DNA of 64,000 bases, taken from Ruditapes philippinarum. Lineage: Eukaryota. A model generated the notes under the pieces. The model saw only the letters and a program-made list of their open reading frames with translations, searched no databases and was not told the DNA's origin. The stretch spans positions 1 through 64,000 of the forward strand of contig NW_026853568.1 in the NCBI RefSeq assembly GCF_026571515.1, read 5' to 3'. The number at the start of each line of letters is the position of its first letter. Position 1 is the first letter of the stretch. Positions 1 through 13,675 of this stretch are shown piece after piece. Both the position numbers and the translations under genes were made by a program.

Positions 1-1636
1 CTTATAATGATATATATATATGATCAGTAGACATGTGCTGGGATTGACAAATATGTATTTTATTTGAATTTTAAAGGCGTTTTGAGCTCCAACCCCCAGA
101 GTGTCTGTGGGTCTTTCTGCTGGCGGCAGGCTCTTATTGACTAATTGAGGAATTATGGTGGTTTCGTCGAACTACCGGTTCAGCGAACTTATTATATAAA
201 GAGGTGCGAAAGTGGTTTTGTCAATCTTATGTGATAAAGTAATTGAAGGCAAAGTAGACGGCTGTCATTGATGGAAAATCGATATGTCGAGAGACAAATA
301 TCGACTTTGACAGTAGATACAATGAAAAACATTTATATATGTGTTATAAATTGGGGTCATGGTGTTATGCATGCTTGTATTACACATTACAAATACTACA
401 AACTAGCAGAAAGTGTTTTTTTTTTCATTTATTATCTTGTCACTGACACTTGAAAACAGAGTTTAAATATCAAGTTAACCAAGAAAACTTGGAAAAAAAA
501 GTGACTTCTCTTATAAGCCGAAATAGAGAGGTGTATAAACTAACAGAAATAAAATTCTTTTTAGCTTATATCAATATGTGAAAGTGTGTATCGATATTGT
601 ATTGGATGTAAGTGACGTCAAATGAAAAAGTGCTACAAACGGATCGACAGTAAACAGTCCACAAATTGTCTGGCATGTTTTGATGTCTGCATCAGGTCTA
701 CTGATTCAGTTCTGACCAATTGATTTAATATGAGACATTTGTTTCAAACAATATTCTATTTCAAGTAACTACAATGTAGATATAGGTGTTATCAATAAAT
801 TAATAATATAATACTGAATATTATTTTTTTATTCATAGGTTATCAAGTTTTTGAATACCCAATTAAATGGAGCCAATACCCAATTCCAAAGGAAATGATG
901 GAGTAATTACCCAATTCACATTCAAAGCTTATCTGTTGCTCTGAAAGACCTAATAAAAATAAAATTGATTGACATTTTGTATTGGTTTTTACTTTTACAC
1001 ATGCATCTTTTTTTGCCAAGACATTGACTTAAATCTGAACTGCATGTATATCCTGTATCAATTAATGCAAAATTAATGTAGGTTGACCTTTTGACGTCAT
1101 TTTACTTAATTACATTTTCAATTTATGCTAATGACTATATTTACATATATTCAATTTATGCAAAAGACTATTTCTACAAACGCAGTTCTATGAAAAATAG
1201 AAGTCGACTATGAACGAAATTTGATATAGTATCGACTTTTGTTCTTCTATGAAAATGAATACACAGGATTTTTAAGAAATACAGCGTTTTCATTGGATGG
1301 CAAATAAAACTGGACTCTAAAGATATAAATTATAAATGAGTTGCCAGGTATTATCAAAATATTAGATGTATAATAATATCACTTGTATAGAATTATCAAA
1401 AGTTATTCTGTTGTTTCTGTATAAGCACACAAATATCAACCTTTACTGAAATTTTTGTTAATTTCTGCAGAAATGCATGGTAAATTTTAACTCTCAGTGA
1501 ACATAGCACTTTGTCCAGCATTTTTTTGCTAACAATAAATAAATAATAACATTAATTATTTTTTGGCAGATAATTTTAGATATGATAATATTTAAACAAT
1601 CGTGCAGTTATAATAATAACAACATGTTTGTTTCAG

Positions 1637-1843
1637 ATTTGGGAGAAAAAATGTCATATGAAATGCCTGAGTTGAAGACATGCAAGAACAAAGCATCTGG
1701 GACTGTACGGTTGGCCCATCATATTCTTTCACCATTGGCAGTGTATCAACAATATGTAATTGATGACACTTATGAAAGTAAATGTGATATATGCCACTGT
1801 TGTAAAGAACATATATCTGGAGATTATGGAGACACTAGCATAG
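1637..1843 (+). pseudogene. Duplicate of nuclease-like gene exon 2 (no exon 3 follows; exon 1 would lie upstream of the window)
   Basis: 207 nt with 5 substitutions relative to 17832-18038; splice sites intact. Confidence 0.8.
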
Positions 1844-1947
1844 GTAAAACATATTTATATTTATTAAGTTATAAATATACCCACTGCACAACAAAGATAT
1901 AAGTTTTGTATACTGGTTTCAAGCTGAATTGTCATGCAGCGAATATA

Positions 1948-2550
1948 TTTTTGTGCCCCCACTATAGGGGGAGGTTATTAATTAAGATTTACCCTTGTCC
2001 GTCCGTCTGTTCTCTTTTTGTGTCGCACGTAGCTCAATAAGTAATTGACCTAGAGTCATGAAACCTTACAGGAATGTTGATCAGCATGTGAAGTTGTGCA
2101 CCTGGGTATTTTCGTGTGGATATATTTAGTAATTTTACTTTTAGAGTAATTGCCCTTGACTTAGTAAAAAGTTGCAATTTTCAACTTGTGTCGCATGTAA
2201 CTCGAAAAATATTTGACTTAGAGTCATGAAACCTTACTGGAATGTTGAATGGCATGTGAAGTTGTGCCCTTGAATTAGTAAAAAATTTCTGAAATTCGAC
2301 TTGTGTTGCACATAACTAAAAAAGTATTTGACCTATAGTCATGAAACGTTACAGGAATGTTGCTCAGCATGTGTAGTTGTGCGCCTTGGTATTTTCGTGT
2401 GGATATACTTAGTATTTTTGTGTTGCCTCTACAGAGTAGTGGCGACATATAGGGATCACTCCTCCGTCATCTGTCCGTCATTCTGTCCGTCTGTCTGTCC
2501 CAAAACTTGTTCGGACTACTCCTCATCAACTACTGGTGCAATTTCATCCA
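1948..2550 (+). mobile_element. Helentron/pearl-like non-autonomous element (HINE) with a nested second HINE from 2415, truncated at the duplication junction
   Basis: ttttt-gtgccccc subterminal repeat, GTCC microsatellite, internal repeats of tagagtcatgaaaccttac... Confidence 0.7.
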
Positions 2551-3527
2551 TTCTTTTTAGCTTAGATTTTCTTTCGCCTGTGGACCTTTGGATAGCCGGG
2601 GAAATTTCAATTAATGGCAATTTTTGGACAGTTGGAGGAAACGCTGATATCAACCTTGATATACCTGACTTGGAAAATGTAATGAATATATTCATTCATA
2701 TTTCTTTTGATCATTACATGTTTTAATTACGTTAAATTCACTTTAATAATTTTGGAAAGATAATGACCATCTCCCATTTTTTTCTGATACAAGAATGGGT
2801 GTGTAATATTTACAAGGTACTAATAGCTCTAATAACTCAACCTGTTTTTGTTTATTATTTTATGTTTCATTTTCAATAGAATTAACACCTGGATACATCT
2901 TATAACTTTTTTTTCAGATAATAAAGAGCCAGAAAATACGATTTACGTCCGTAGAAAAAAATGTCAATATATTTATCAGTATATGTATATCAAGTGTAAA
3001 TTTGTTCTTTTTTTAAACTGATTTAATAGATGATGACATCAATCGGACTAGATGAGTGGAACGCATATTGCACTGCCAATATATCGCCATCTCTGAAGTT
3101 TATGGTGTTCGGCAAGGAATATGAAATAAATCTAGGAAACTTTAAAAACGCTCAGATTGAAATGTATGCTTCTATTGGTGGTAAGTTTTCTCCGTGCATT
3201 TGTATATAACATGGTATACATATATTCATTCTTTCTTCAAGACTATTTTTGGCATTTATACATAACTTTCATGTCCATTTAGTGTTTCTATTGTTTTATT
3301 CTATTCGTCATTCGATTTTACAAATGCATTAACATAAGGTATCTGTGAAATACGTAATGGGTATTATTATACAATTATTTTTGAAAGACAATTGTGAAAA
3401 ATAGTCGTGATCTACTTAATTGAATGGGTTTAATTTCACACAATAATGATATCATAAGCTTTACACGGTAATGGAACACAATTCCGATGATTTATAAGGT
3501 TGTCATTAGCTTGCCTATACATTTCAG

Positions 3528-6500
3528 GTGAACAAAGATCATGGTGCGGAGACGATTCAAATCCCCCCGGCGTATTCTTTGTCACACCGATTGAAATTTC
3601 TTTTTTCGATGATGTTCCAATACTTAAAGACTGGCATACTTCATTGAAACAAAAAGCATACTTTTTTTCAACCTACGAGCCGGCAAACATGCCATTTGAA
3701 CTTTTTCTGCGAAACTCTTTTTTAAGTATCGACACCGTCATTGATAGAATTATTGATTTATTAAACAATGGTTTAGATGAACTACGTGATAAAAACCTAT
3801 TTAGTAACACAACACTCACAAATGTCGATGAAACTTTGCAACTTCTATATGCTTTAAAGAACAATATTCATATAATACTTGACGTATTACCTGATACAAG
3901 TTTTAATGACATGAAGTCAGAGTTAGACCAGCTATTCCTTATGTTTTCTGATTTGGATAATAAGTTACTCTTGTTTTCTTATGACACTGACTATATTGAG
4001 CATGAGCAATTCTCAAGTTTTAATAGCCACTTAATAGAGAATGTCAATGCTCTTAAGGAGGAAACAACGAATATTATGAGAGACATAACAAAATCCCTGT
4101 TGAAACAAACTTCACCATTTTCAGGTTTTGGCATTAAATACACGGTTAATATTGTTATAATAGCAATTGACCTAGGTGAATTTGACATTGAAATTGTACA
4201 TTCAACCGGCAATCTTTTCAAGTGTAGCAGGTTTGATCAAGTTAAAGAACATTTTGCAGGAGAAGAAGCCATGAGAATTTTGGGACGTGCATCTTTACCA
4301 AAGATATTGAATATTTTCTTTAAATATCTTGGAGGAGTAGGCATTGGAGGGGCCCTATCAACAAGTAGTGATAAATTTGTCTTCCAATTACAACTGGTAG
4401 CTGATATTTTTGGAATGAAAACCACAGCTGACTTGTTCGTCACGAATAATGGTATCTATTTATATCTTGAAGGAAATATTTGGGATACTTTTCTTGTACA
4501 GCTTGATATCTCTGCAGAAATGGGGAAGAAATGATATGAGCTGGTGTTCAGGGTGGAGGGAAGATTTGTTGCAAATGCCAGTAAAAAAAGCGTCAAATAC
4601 AGACAAATAAGTCTTCTTTTGACAGTAGCTATATAGATGCTCTACAAAAGGTTATTGCAAAAATTGCTAATAATGCTAAAGAAAGAATTACACAGGCACA
4701 AAATGTATTATCGTCAGCCAGAAAATCTTTAACAGATGCCCAGTTATGGTTTACTCAGAGGCAGGATGATTTAGATAATGCGTATATACATTTTGATAAT
4801 ACAGTCAACATCCTTGAATCCGCAAAAGAAACGCTTGAAGATGCAAAGAAACCTTATGAAGACGCGCTTGAAAAGCTAAGAAAAGCTCAAAGAAATGTTG
4901 ATAATCTTTGTATAATCAAAACGTGTGCGAGTACCTGTGTATTGCCTGAACTTGAATGTAAAATATGCTACAAAGGTTGGTTTCCGTATCCATGCTGTAG
5001 AAAGACAGGCTGTTCACTTAGCATATCTGACCCAATCTGTGTCGCAGCAAACGCGGCATGCGAAGTACTGAGAATTGTTGCATATGGTAGCCTAGAAGTA
5101 GCTAAAATATTTGTTAAGATACCAATAATTGCTTATGATATGGCAAAGGCTGCAGTATCTGTTGCTCAAGCTGTAGTGGATAAGGCACGGTTTACTATTG
5201 CAATTGCTGAATATGCTCTTGAATTTGCAAAAACAGGCCTTGAATTTGCTAAAGGTGTCCTTTATGCAGCCTCATTAGCAATGGAAGGTGTTAAGATTGC
5301 TCTTGGAGCAGCTGTTCATGTAATGAATTTTGTAATTGACTTCACTATACAAGCTTTGATTGACGTCAAAAACTGTGGGTTTGATGTTGAAATATCAACT
5401 AAGGATCTGCCAATTTTTGCTGTATTTTGCGAAGTTAATGCTTTCAATTTAGGCTGGAAGAAAGTGATTATAAAAGTTAATTTTAAAAATATTTTTCAAA
5501 GCATTCTCAATGCAGCACGCAAAACGATTGATACGTTGATGAACATGATTGGTGATGAGTCTGAAATAGGTCGAAAACGAAGAGAAATAACATTTAGAGC
5601 ATCCGCAAAGTTGCATAGACGCCTTTTAAGAAAAATACGGGAAGTTGGGATTGAAGAAACGTTTGCGAATGAAAGTATTGATATTTCTTATAGTATAATG
5701 GGTATGGGACAAAACATTGATAATGATTATGATAGCAGAGTGCTTTTGTTTAACGAAAAGTGCCTGAAAATATCTGTTGTGATAGATTTTCTCCAAGATT
5801 CATTTAAGCAACTTCAAGGTATCGTTAATGAGTCCATGCTTGCAGTCAATGAAATCAATTCAATTATAAATGATCTGCAACAAAATTCAACCACTGAAAT
5901 TGTCGGAAACATGACCCTAGAAGATTTAGGAATAAACACGGATACTGCAAAAAATGAATATAATATGACGGACGATGAGTTAGAAAAGATAACGGCAAAC
6001 ATCACTGAATCAATAGAAAACGACCCTCTTTTAAATGAAATCAATGAGGTTGCATATTTTTCGATCGAAAGTTTGAATGAAATGATGCAATCATTAGAAG
6101 CAATTAACTTTCTTGATACCTGGCTGGTCACAATGTCCAATATCACAGAGGACTATTTCAATGCCACAGATTGTGCAGACTTCAAAGATTGTGTATTTTA
6201 TAGTATAGCTATGTTATATGACGTATATGAAGAAGAGGAAGTACCTGGAATAAACGACATAAGAGATTCAATCCTCGATCTAGAAAATACCGTGATAGAG
6301 TTATTTCAAAATGAAACCCAAGCTATATATGACATTTCTATTGCACTAGACTCTATTACATCAAATGTATCATTTTTAGCCGAAGCTAATCCTTTTTGTT
6401 CTTCGCCACCAACTTTCCTTTCATCCCTGAAAAATCAAACGGTTCTAAACTCAACATATGTTGTCCTTACATGTAACGCTACGGGAGATCCATTTCCACA

Positions 6501-6664
6501 ATTTTGGTGGATGAAGGACAATGAATATTTACATTCTGAGCACCAGATGAATATAACATTTTCATCTGTTTCAACTAATGATGTTGGTATATACACATGT
6601 ATCGCCGGAAATGTTGTGGCTAATTTAACATCAGAAGAGGCTCATCTTTCAGTTGTATTATACG
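3528..6664 (+). pseudogene. Receptor A large exon (ORFs 3500..4534 and 4942..6684; second frame open from ~4591)
   Basis: atttcag acceptor, TACG|gtatgt donor; colinear with 47196-50345 including the 10-Cys tip, IGRKRREI and the Ig domain. Confidence 0.85.
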
Positions 6665-7054
6665 GTATGTTAGTCAATCTTTAAAGCTTGGCTATAGTTA
6701 CTTAAAGGGATTTCAAAATATTTTAGACTGTGATATTTGTTCTAAATGTTTGATTTAATCGACTATTTAATCGGTATTGCTTTACATCTCTTTAAGTGTT
6801 GAAATCTTACTATCTAAATTCAAGTACAATTCAAGAACATAGTTTTTAAAACCCTAATTGTAGTTATTCTTTAATTAAATGTTGGGGGTATTGAATTGCT
6901 GTGACATTTAGATTCTAAATCTTTCGTTTTGACGAATACTGCTACCTATAGATGAAAAAGACTACAATATAATACACTTATAACAATTTACAATTGCCAT
7001 GGTTTTGTCGTAAAATTATTTTTAATAATATAATGTATATCTTTGCTACTTAAG

Positions 7055-7177
7055 ATGACGATGAATGTGAAACTAGAAATGGAGACTGTGAGCACATATG
7101 CACCAACCTTATCGGATCTTACGAATGCAGCTGTAGAAATGGTTATGCACTGGCAGATGATAGAATAACTTGTTTGG
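7055..7177 (+). CDS. Receptor A cbEGF exon ([41 protein letters not shown])
   Basis: 123-nt phase 1-1 exon, cbEGF consensus. Confidence 0.85.
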
Positions 7178-7642
7178 GTACAATATTTATTTACGTTCTC
7201 ATGTATAAATGTTTAACTTTATTAGTAAAATATGACAAGCGATCATAATATGAACTGGGTCCTTGTCCGTTTGGTTTCTTTTCTTTGTCTTAACTAGTTA
7301 CTAGTATTGCATTTTGTCTCTGCATAAAAAATGACATGTGCATGATTAATGCTTAAACTTGTCTATAATATGACTCGTGATCTGTTTTAGGTGAACCAAG
7401 CAAAGACAAATCAGAAGAAGAAGAAGAGGGGGAAGAAGTAATGGTGATAGGTACTTGTTCTTTATAAATATTTTTGTAATTGGATCTTAAGATAATTGAA
7501 TAGGAATCATAAAGATTCCCATAACTGACACAACTCTTTAATGTTGCAGACATAACTGCAAATAATTTGCTTTATTTTTGTTTCTTTTCAGAGTGATTGC
7601 ACCTTTCTGTTTTCATAATATCAACATATATTTTAATTTCAG

Positions 7643-7712
7643 CATTATTTGTAACCGGAGCTGTTGTTGTTCTTCTAGTTGCATTTTCAATTCTTGCCTA
7701 TGTGAAAATAAG
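7643..7712 (+). CDS. Receptor A TM exon (ALFVTGAVVVLLVAFSILAYVKI)
   Basis: atttcag / AG|gtaat; hydrophobic stretch; preceded by acidic stalk exon 7391-7450 (EPSKDKSEEEEEGEEVMVI). Confidence 0.8.
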
Positions 7713-7996
7713 GTAATATTAAAATTTTATTTGTTTAGTTTTCTTTAAACTTTGATATACAAATGTACATGTATCCGCGCGTTATTTGCAGGTTGGTCCT
7801 TTTTGGATTCAATAAATACAACATTTTCACAATATCAACGCTATATATAGATTCTATTGCAAATACGCTATCATATTTTAACCAGGATTTCAGATTGAAA
7901 AAACTGTCATTTAATTGGGAAATCTCGGATTAATTCCTCTTGCATAATTTATTGCTACAGCTAATTTAATGTGTGTGTATTTTTCTCTTTTTATAG

Positions 7997-8168
7997 CAAA
8001 GTCAGAATAATTCCGAATGAAGTTTATGGTTCTAACATTGAAGTGACTGACATAGAAAGCAACGAAAAGAAGTCATTACCTAACAGTCTGGCGGCAGAAA
8101 TTGAAAACCGCTCCCTAGGTCCAGAAAAGACAGCATTCAAACATCACAAAGTCGTAGCCTGGACATAA
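7997..8168 (+). CDS. Receptor A last exon, cytoplasmic tail ending ...LGPEKTAFKHHKVVAWT*
   Basis: Polypyrimidine + tag acceptor, phase 2; 172 nt, the same length as the last coding exon of copy B. Confidence 0.8.
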
Positions 8169-11100
8169 AAAGTATTATCTAAATATACTGACGCAGTTGC
8201 GATGATGATATTGGAAAGTTGAACAATAACATGCAAACACAACAAAAATGATTTATAGTTTTATAAAAATGTTTATACACAGTGTCTATGTTTGATAGAG
8301 TTATTATTGTTTTATGTTTGCAGCTGATGGCACATGTACATATTTTGTTGATTTATTACTAATTATTGACCACGTTTTTTCAATATTGTGTGTTGACTCT
8401 TTTTAAAAATATCTTCGCTAAACTATAGTTGTTATTGTTTTTTGTTGATGTAATTATTGTATTTTATTAATGATTTCATGGCATATGTAGTTAGAAATAA
8501 GAGAAAATTAAACTTTCCAAAACCTGTCAATGTGATTTTTACATGCGGACATGGAAATATTATTTTGCAATTTAATATATATGTCTGATAACACTATTGA
8601 CAATATCTTACATAAAAAGCGCAAAATATTTCTTTTGTTTAACAGGATATTTATTATATTAATGTATTAGTTTAAGTTGTAGGAACCTTTTAATAAATGC
8701 TTCTCAAATTTGTGAATTCCGATAAAATGGCATTTTATAATTTATAATTGTAATATTATTAAATTTTATTAATGATAGTAATTGTTTTAGTAATATAATC
8801 ACATTTTATTAGATTCGATATAAATGAGTTTAATCTGACCCGAAGCGGCAGAGTCTTGTATGATTAGTATTGAAGACGCATGATTTACTGCGGAATGACA
8901 CGATTTGTTAATAAATATACAAGTGCATGAAACATTCACGTACATCAGCCTAACACATTATGATCTTGTTTTGTTGCAAAACATTCTGATTTACATTTTC
9001 AACAAATGGAAAAGACAATGTTTCTTATCTCCGTATACAAATAACGGGCTTTACAACTGTCTGCTTGCATTTAATGAGAGTAATATTAATAGACTTTATA
9101 TCGTGGAACCAGGCTAAAATTCAATCCTTTTTCATCTAAAGAGCACTGTTTTGCATAGGACAAAACGCATTGGCGTAAAAGCTGTTGCATTGCATTGTCC
9201 TAAAACATCTTATTTTTCTATGTATTGGTTTTTTGAAGAAATTTAATATTCTTTTTAAAAGTTTTTTTTATATTTTGTATTTTTCTAATGAAATGATTGA
9301 GATAGTGCTGTGTGGGTGGAGTTTTGGCTTCAAAACCGTTAATAGACGCTTTTTTTATATTTTGTTTTTAAGACATAAAAGGCTTTAATTCTTTATTTGT
9401 TGATACTTTGAATACTAAGATTTTACACATATATCGTTTAGTAATTAATTAGCTATACATGTATTATCATTGTTTATTGCCTCATAGAGGGATAATAGTC
9501 GAGTGTCGAGTAAAGAACGGTGATGTTTAAGATAGGATATAAATGAACAGATGGTTGTTGTTAAAAGAAATTTAGCTAACACTTTCCGGTCCCGTCCATG
9601 AAAAGACTCAACCAAACCAAGCCTGCAATATTTTCACTTTTGCTGTCTTTGACGTTCTTTAAGGATTTCTTTGTTTTACTATTTGTACAGATTTCGTAAT
9701 TTTGATTATTGAAAAGATTTAGAGTTTTTGCTGTGCTTTTAGTTTTTGTTGATTGAATTTCGTTTTACTTTTTTAAGAATATATTTGTGAATACTAGTGA
9801 TCTAAACATATGAGTTTTTAATAAGACCATGTATTATATTATCTATAAATAACTTTGAAATTTCTTTCCCTGATAGACTTAGAAGCAACATTTTGTTATG
9901 AATAACAGGTCAATATCAGAGTATAGTCATCGTTTTTTTTCTTCTAAAAATAGATTATCAGAGTATAGTCACCGATTTTTTTTCTGGAAATCTCCCAAAA
10001 GGCGGGAGGCGTCACGTCACACCAAGTTTGATAAAAAGGTGAAGTGCAATGGGAATAATAAAAAGTGTTTTGCATGTCTCCTCTGCGCCACCGTAATATT
10101 CTATTAATCATTTTGATCTGTATCGGTTTTAGATAATGATCGTATATAATTATATTCGCCACTCTATAATGTATTATATACATCATGCATGTATAATTAT
10201 ATATACCAAAGCAAATGTGATTACTATATATTATACATGTAATCTTACGTATGTTTTAAATATTTCATGAAAGCAAGTTTATTTTTCAACTGAGAATTTA
10301 CGTCGAGCGTTAATTAGTGTATTTTGTATTCAACCGACGTCGTATCCTTCCACTGACAACTTAAGATCAAACCCAGTTTTGTTGTGTGTGTTTTTTGTGT
10401 AAACTTGCAATATGTTTTGTAAATATGTAGTTGGTACTTCATTAATTAAATATTTAGCTATATAGATTTTGTTTCGACTTACGTACTTTTTAACCTTTTC
10501 GACTTAAAATATATCAAGCTAGCTCGCTGAAAGACGACAATTTTATAAAAAGGTTTCTTCCCTCCCTAAATAATGTAAACAGGCGCACCGGATGCCTTCC
10601 ATCACCCAAAATAGCTTGTTTGTTGACATGTTACTAAATCAGTAATACTGCCGACGGGGTTAAACTTTAGAAATATGAAGAATGTCCATAAGGTTATATG
10701 TAAGACTATTTCTGTGTGTGACACGAGTACATGTTACATTTTCTGATCAAATGCCTTAAAAATTACAAATCTAAATATGATATACCTTGGTTATAATTTA
10801 ATGAAATTCATGAAATTAGTGCCATTCATACAAAGATACAAACACGGTATTAAAAACAACAACAAAAATGCTTTAAGCTGGATCTACAGGGTAAGATTCG
10901 CATGTGAATGTTGGACTTTTGTCCCGGTCGATTCACTAGGCATGTCCATGCAGTTTCGCTGATCGACAAAACGTTGGAACCAGATAGACCGGGCATATGG
11001 AGAGGGTTCCACTAGAATAGATTCGTAAACTCGCTTAAGTCTAACCATTGAAAGTTTTCGTGTTGTCTATGCGAACAGAAAGCTCCCGGATCGTATCATT

Positions 11101-12746
11101 ATGAGTCTTGTCTTGTACACTGACTGTATTATACTGAGCAAGTTAGTCTAGGAAAAGAGGAGAACAGATCGACCCCCTCCAGCAGATCTACATGCATATA
11201 TGTAAGAATTTAAATAATAGCGCCTTGGATCTGATGATGATTTTATTAAACGTAACTATGTTCAGCTTGTGCATTTCTTTTGAACTCTGACATTTACATA
11301 GAATAAGAAAGCATGAATGAAAACGTTTAAGAAATAAGAATTTCACAAATAACTCTTATATAATGAATAATGCAGTATAATTTATATAAGTATGAAATGG
11401 AAGTTTGAAAGAAATAATAATGTTTGATATGTATCACCCTTGTATGTTTTAATTTAAACATTGATTAGTTTGTTTGAAACAAGTACACACATTTACAATT
11501 TACAAATAAAATTTACAACAAAAGAAATGCAAGAAAAAGGATCAGGACCGGAAGCTGATGATGATACAGGTCTTTTCCTATTGTATTCATTTCCGAAAAA
11601 TGACAGTACAATGAGTAAATTATTAACTGGAAAAAATTGTATGCTAGTCCCGGCGAGTGAAAATATGTGGCATTTTATCATGTTGATATATACAAAACAT
11701 ATGAGTATAAGTAGTTGGTTGGTAGATGGTTTGAAAAAATATATGATGCAAAAAAAGAGTTAACTATCAGAAAAAAGAGAAGAAAAATAAAGAGTAAGAT
11801 AGTGGAGAGAGTGGAATATTTCCAGACGATACTAACAGCATATGGCATTGATAAAAAATGAATTTATAGTTCTTTCGGAAACCTAGCTAGCTCTTGCTTT
11901 GTTAATGTAATAGTCTTGAAGAGCAAGGAAAATACTACATTATATGTTTTATCACTCGTGCTTCAGTCGCTCGCTATATAGGCAGCAATGTTTGCAGCGA
12001 TACAGTTCAGCAATTTGATATGGTGTTCATGAAACTTCTATCATTTCATTATAAAGGGGACGAATGAAAAGAAAAAGTGCATGTCTGAAATTTTCTGTAA
12101 AATGTAGAAACGTACGTGCACATACACATGTATTCTAATTAAAATGTGCATCCGTGAATGTATCAGAAGTCGCCATTCAACAGTCAAAGGAAGAATAACA
12201 TCATTTATGTAACATTCTATACACTTCTAGTCTATCGGACAAAGCGCACAGACTGATAACTGTATATATAGTCTGGCCTATAGGAAAAGTAAAAAGAGAG
12301 AGAAAAAACCTACTCGATACGTATACGCGTCATTTTTCCAACGTGATGAAGGAGCCATTTCATCAATGTGGAAACGTCGTCACATACTGTATGTGATCCA
12401 TACGGACTCAATTCAACATAATTGAAAAATATGAAAACTACAAGTTTCAAGTTTTTATTTCAACGAATTACGTACGTTGTACATGTATATTCGTGTAAGT
12501 TTGAATATAGAAATCAACTCCAGTTTCAATTTAATTGTAATTGAATATTCATAAATATAAATTGCACTGTATAGTCATCTTTTCTATATCTATTAAGGAT
12601 ATGAATGATGATCTGTCATGGGTTCGAACTCTCCGTACAAAGAGGTCGGATGGTCCCTCATTAAGCCTGGAATACATGTTTTTACATGCTCTGTACATCT
12701 TGTACAATACAATCTGATCATATGCCGTATCCTAACCTATCCTATT

Positions 12747-13179
12747 CAGTGTTCATAAAGATTCAAGGATCAGGATCAAGATCAGGATCAAATTTAAAAA
12801 CTCTAATAATGTTCATTGTTTATCCATCTAATATTAATTTGATTAAACTGGACCTGCAATAGCAAGTTCATGAAACTTTAGAATAAATTTATTATTATTT
12901 TTGCAAGATGCGGGCATTTTACAGTTGATCCAAATATTGATCCTGATCCTAAAATTGATCCTTATTTTGATCCAAATATTTTTGTATTTATTTTGTTATT
13001 TGTTGATTTTATCCCAAAATAGTTTGGTTTCTTTGCAAATCAGCAATTTTTTACATTTAATCCGTGTAAATATTTACAATTTTATTCTAGCAAAACACGA
13101 TTAATCTTAGTAACATAAAACAATGAAAATAAAATCATGATAATTGATCCTGATCCTGATCATTTCTTTGTGAACACGG
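12747..13179. mobile_element. MITE with TIRs and internal (GATCAG)n / (GATCCT)n inverted arrays
   Basis: gtgttcataaaga ... tctttgtgaacac termini; gatcag repeats on the left, gatcct repeats on the right. Confidence 0.6.
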
Positions 13180-13293
13180 GGAACACAATATGTATTTGCA
13201 AGAAAGATAAGCGAGAACTTTGTTATTTGCGTTAAATTATCAACTTGAGCTTTAATAAAGTTCCTTTGTGTTAGTAGATATATTTTGAAAAAA

Positions 13294-13675
13294 ATGGCGG
13301 AGGACATCAACTTAGCTGCACTTCCAGACATCGGTTTGGAGAAAAGAGATGGCTTGAAATCTGCATTAGAAGCACTAAAATCAAGTCCTCGCTTTTGTTT
13401 TTGTTTGCTTAAAATAACAAATAGTGACGCTCATTTGTGTTCCAGATATGGATTTTCCGGTGCAACGTGCGAAACTAAGAAGAGTTTTGAAATGGAAGAT
13501 GAAGATGCAGAAAAGAAAAGCAATTCAAGCAAAGAGATATATCCATTTATTGACATATTTCAAAATGGACATAACATTTTGAAGAAATATTTGAACGACC
13601 AATCATATATTCCTAACAATCACTCTGAAAAAATTGCACTGGAAAAACTTTTGTCATTATTACTGGAAATAGAAG
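13294..13675 (+). CDS. Nuclease-like gene exon 1 (MAEDINLAALP...LLLEIE)
   Basis: aaaATGG start, G|gtaaga donor. Confidence 0.75.

Larger units (their letters stand above)
944..2550 (+). repeat. Recent segmental duplication of 17167-18726
   Basis: Near-identical intron, exon and TE sequence from aaagacctaataaaaat to ggtgcaatttcatcca in both copies. Confidence 0.95.
2561..8168 (+). pseudogene. Receptor copy A: 5'-truncated paralog (beta region - coiled-coil hairpin - RKRR - Ig - cbEGF - TM - tail) with a nonsense codon and a frameshift
   Basis: Exons 2561-2678, 3030-3180, 3528-6664, 7055-7177, 7391-7450, 7643-7712 and 7997-8168 correspond to exons 12-18 of copy B. TGA at 4532-4534 where B has TGG (GKK*YEL vs GKNWHAL); frameshift in the A-run at 4583-4589. 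Upstream exons are replaced by duplicated DNA ending at 2550. Confidence 0.8.

Noticed and set aside
2328-2560. 5' part of the 132-aa ORF, and the similar ORF 18504..18704
   Set aside because: Transposon sequence; only 2561-2678 is a real exon.
3673-6146. Minus-strand ORFs over the large exon (likewise 43729, 44780, 48071, 48752, 49987, 51859, 52516)
   Set aside because: Antisense shadows of + strand exons, with no independent motifs or splice support.
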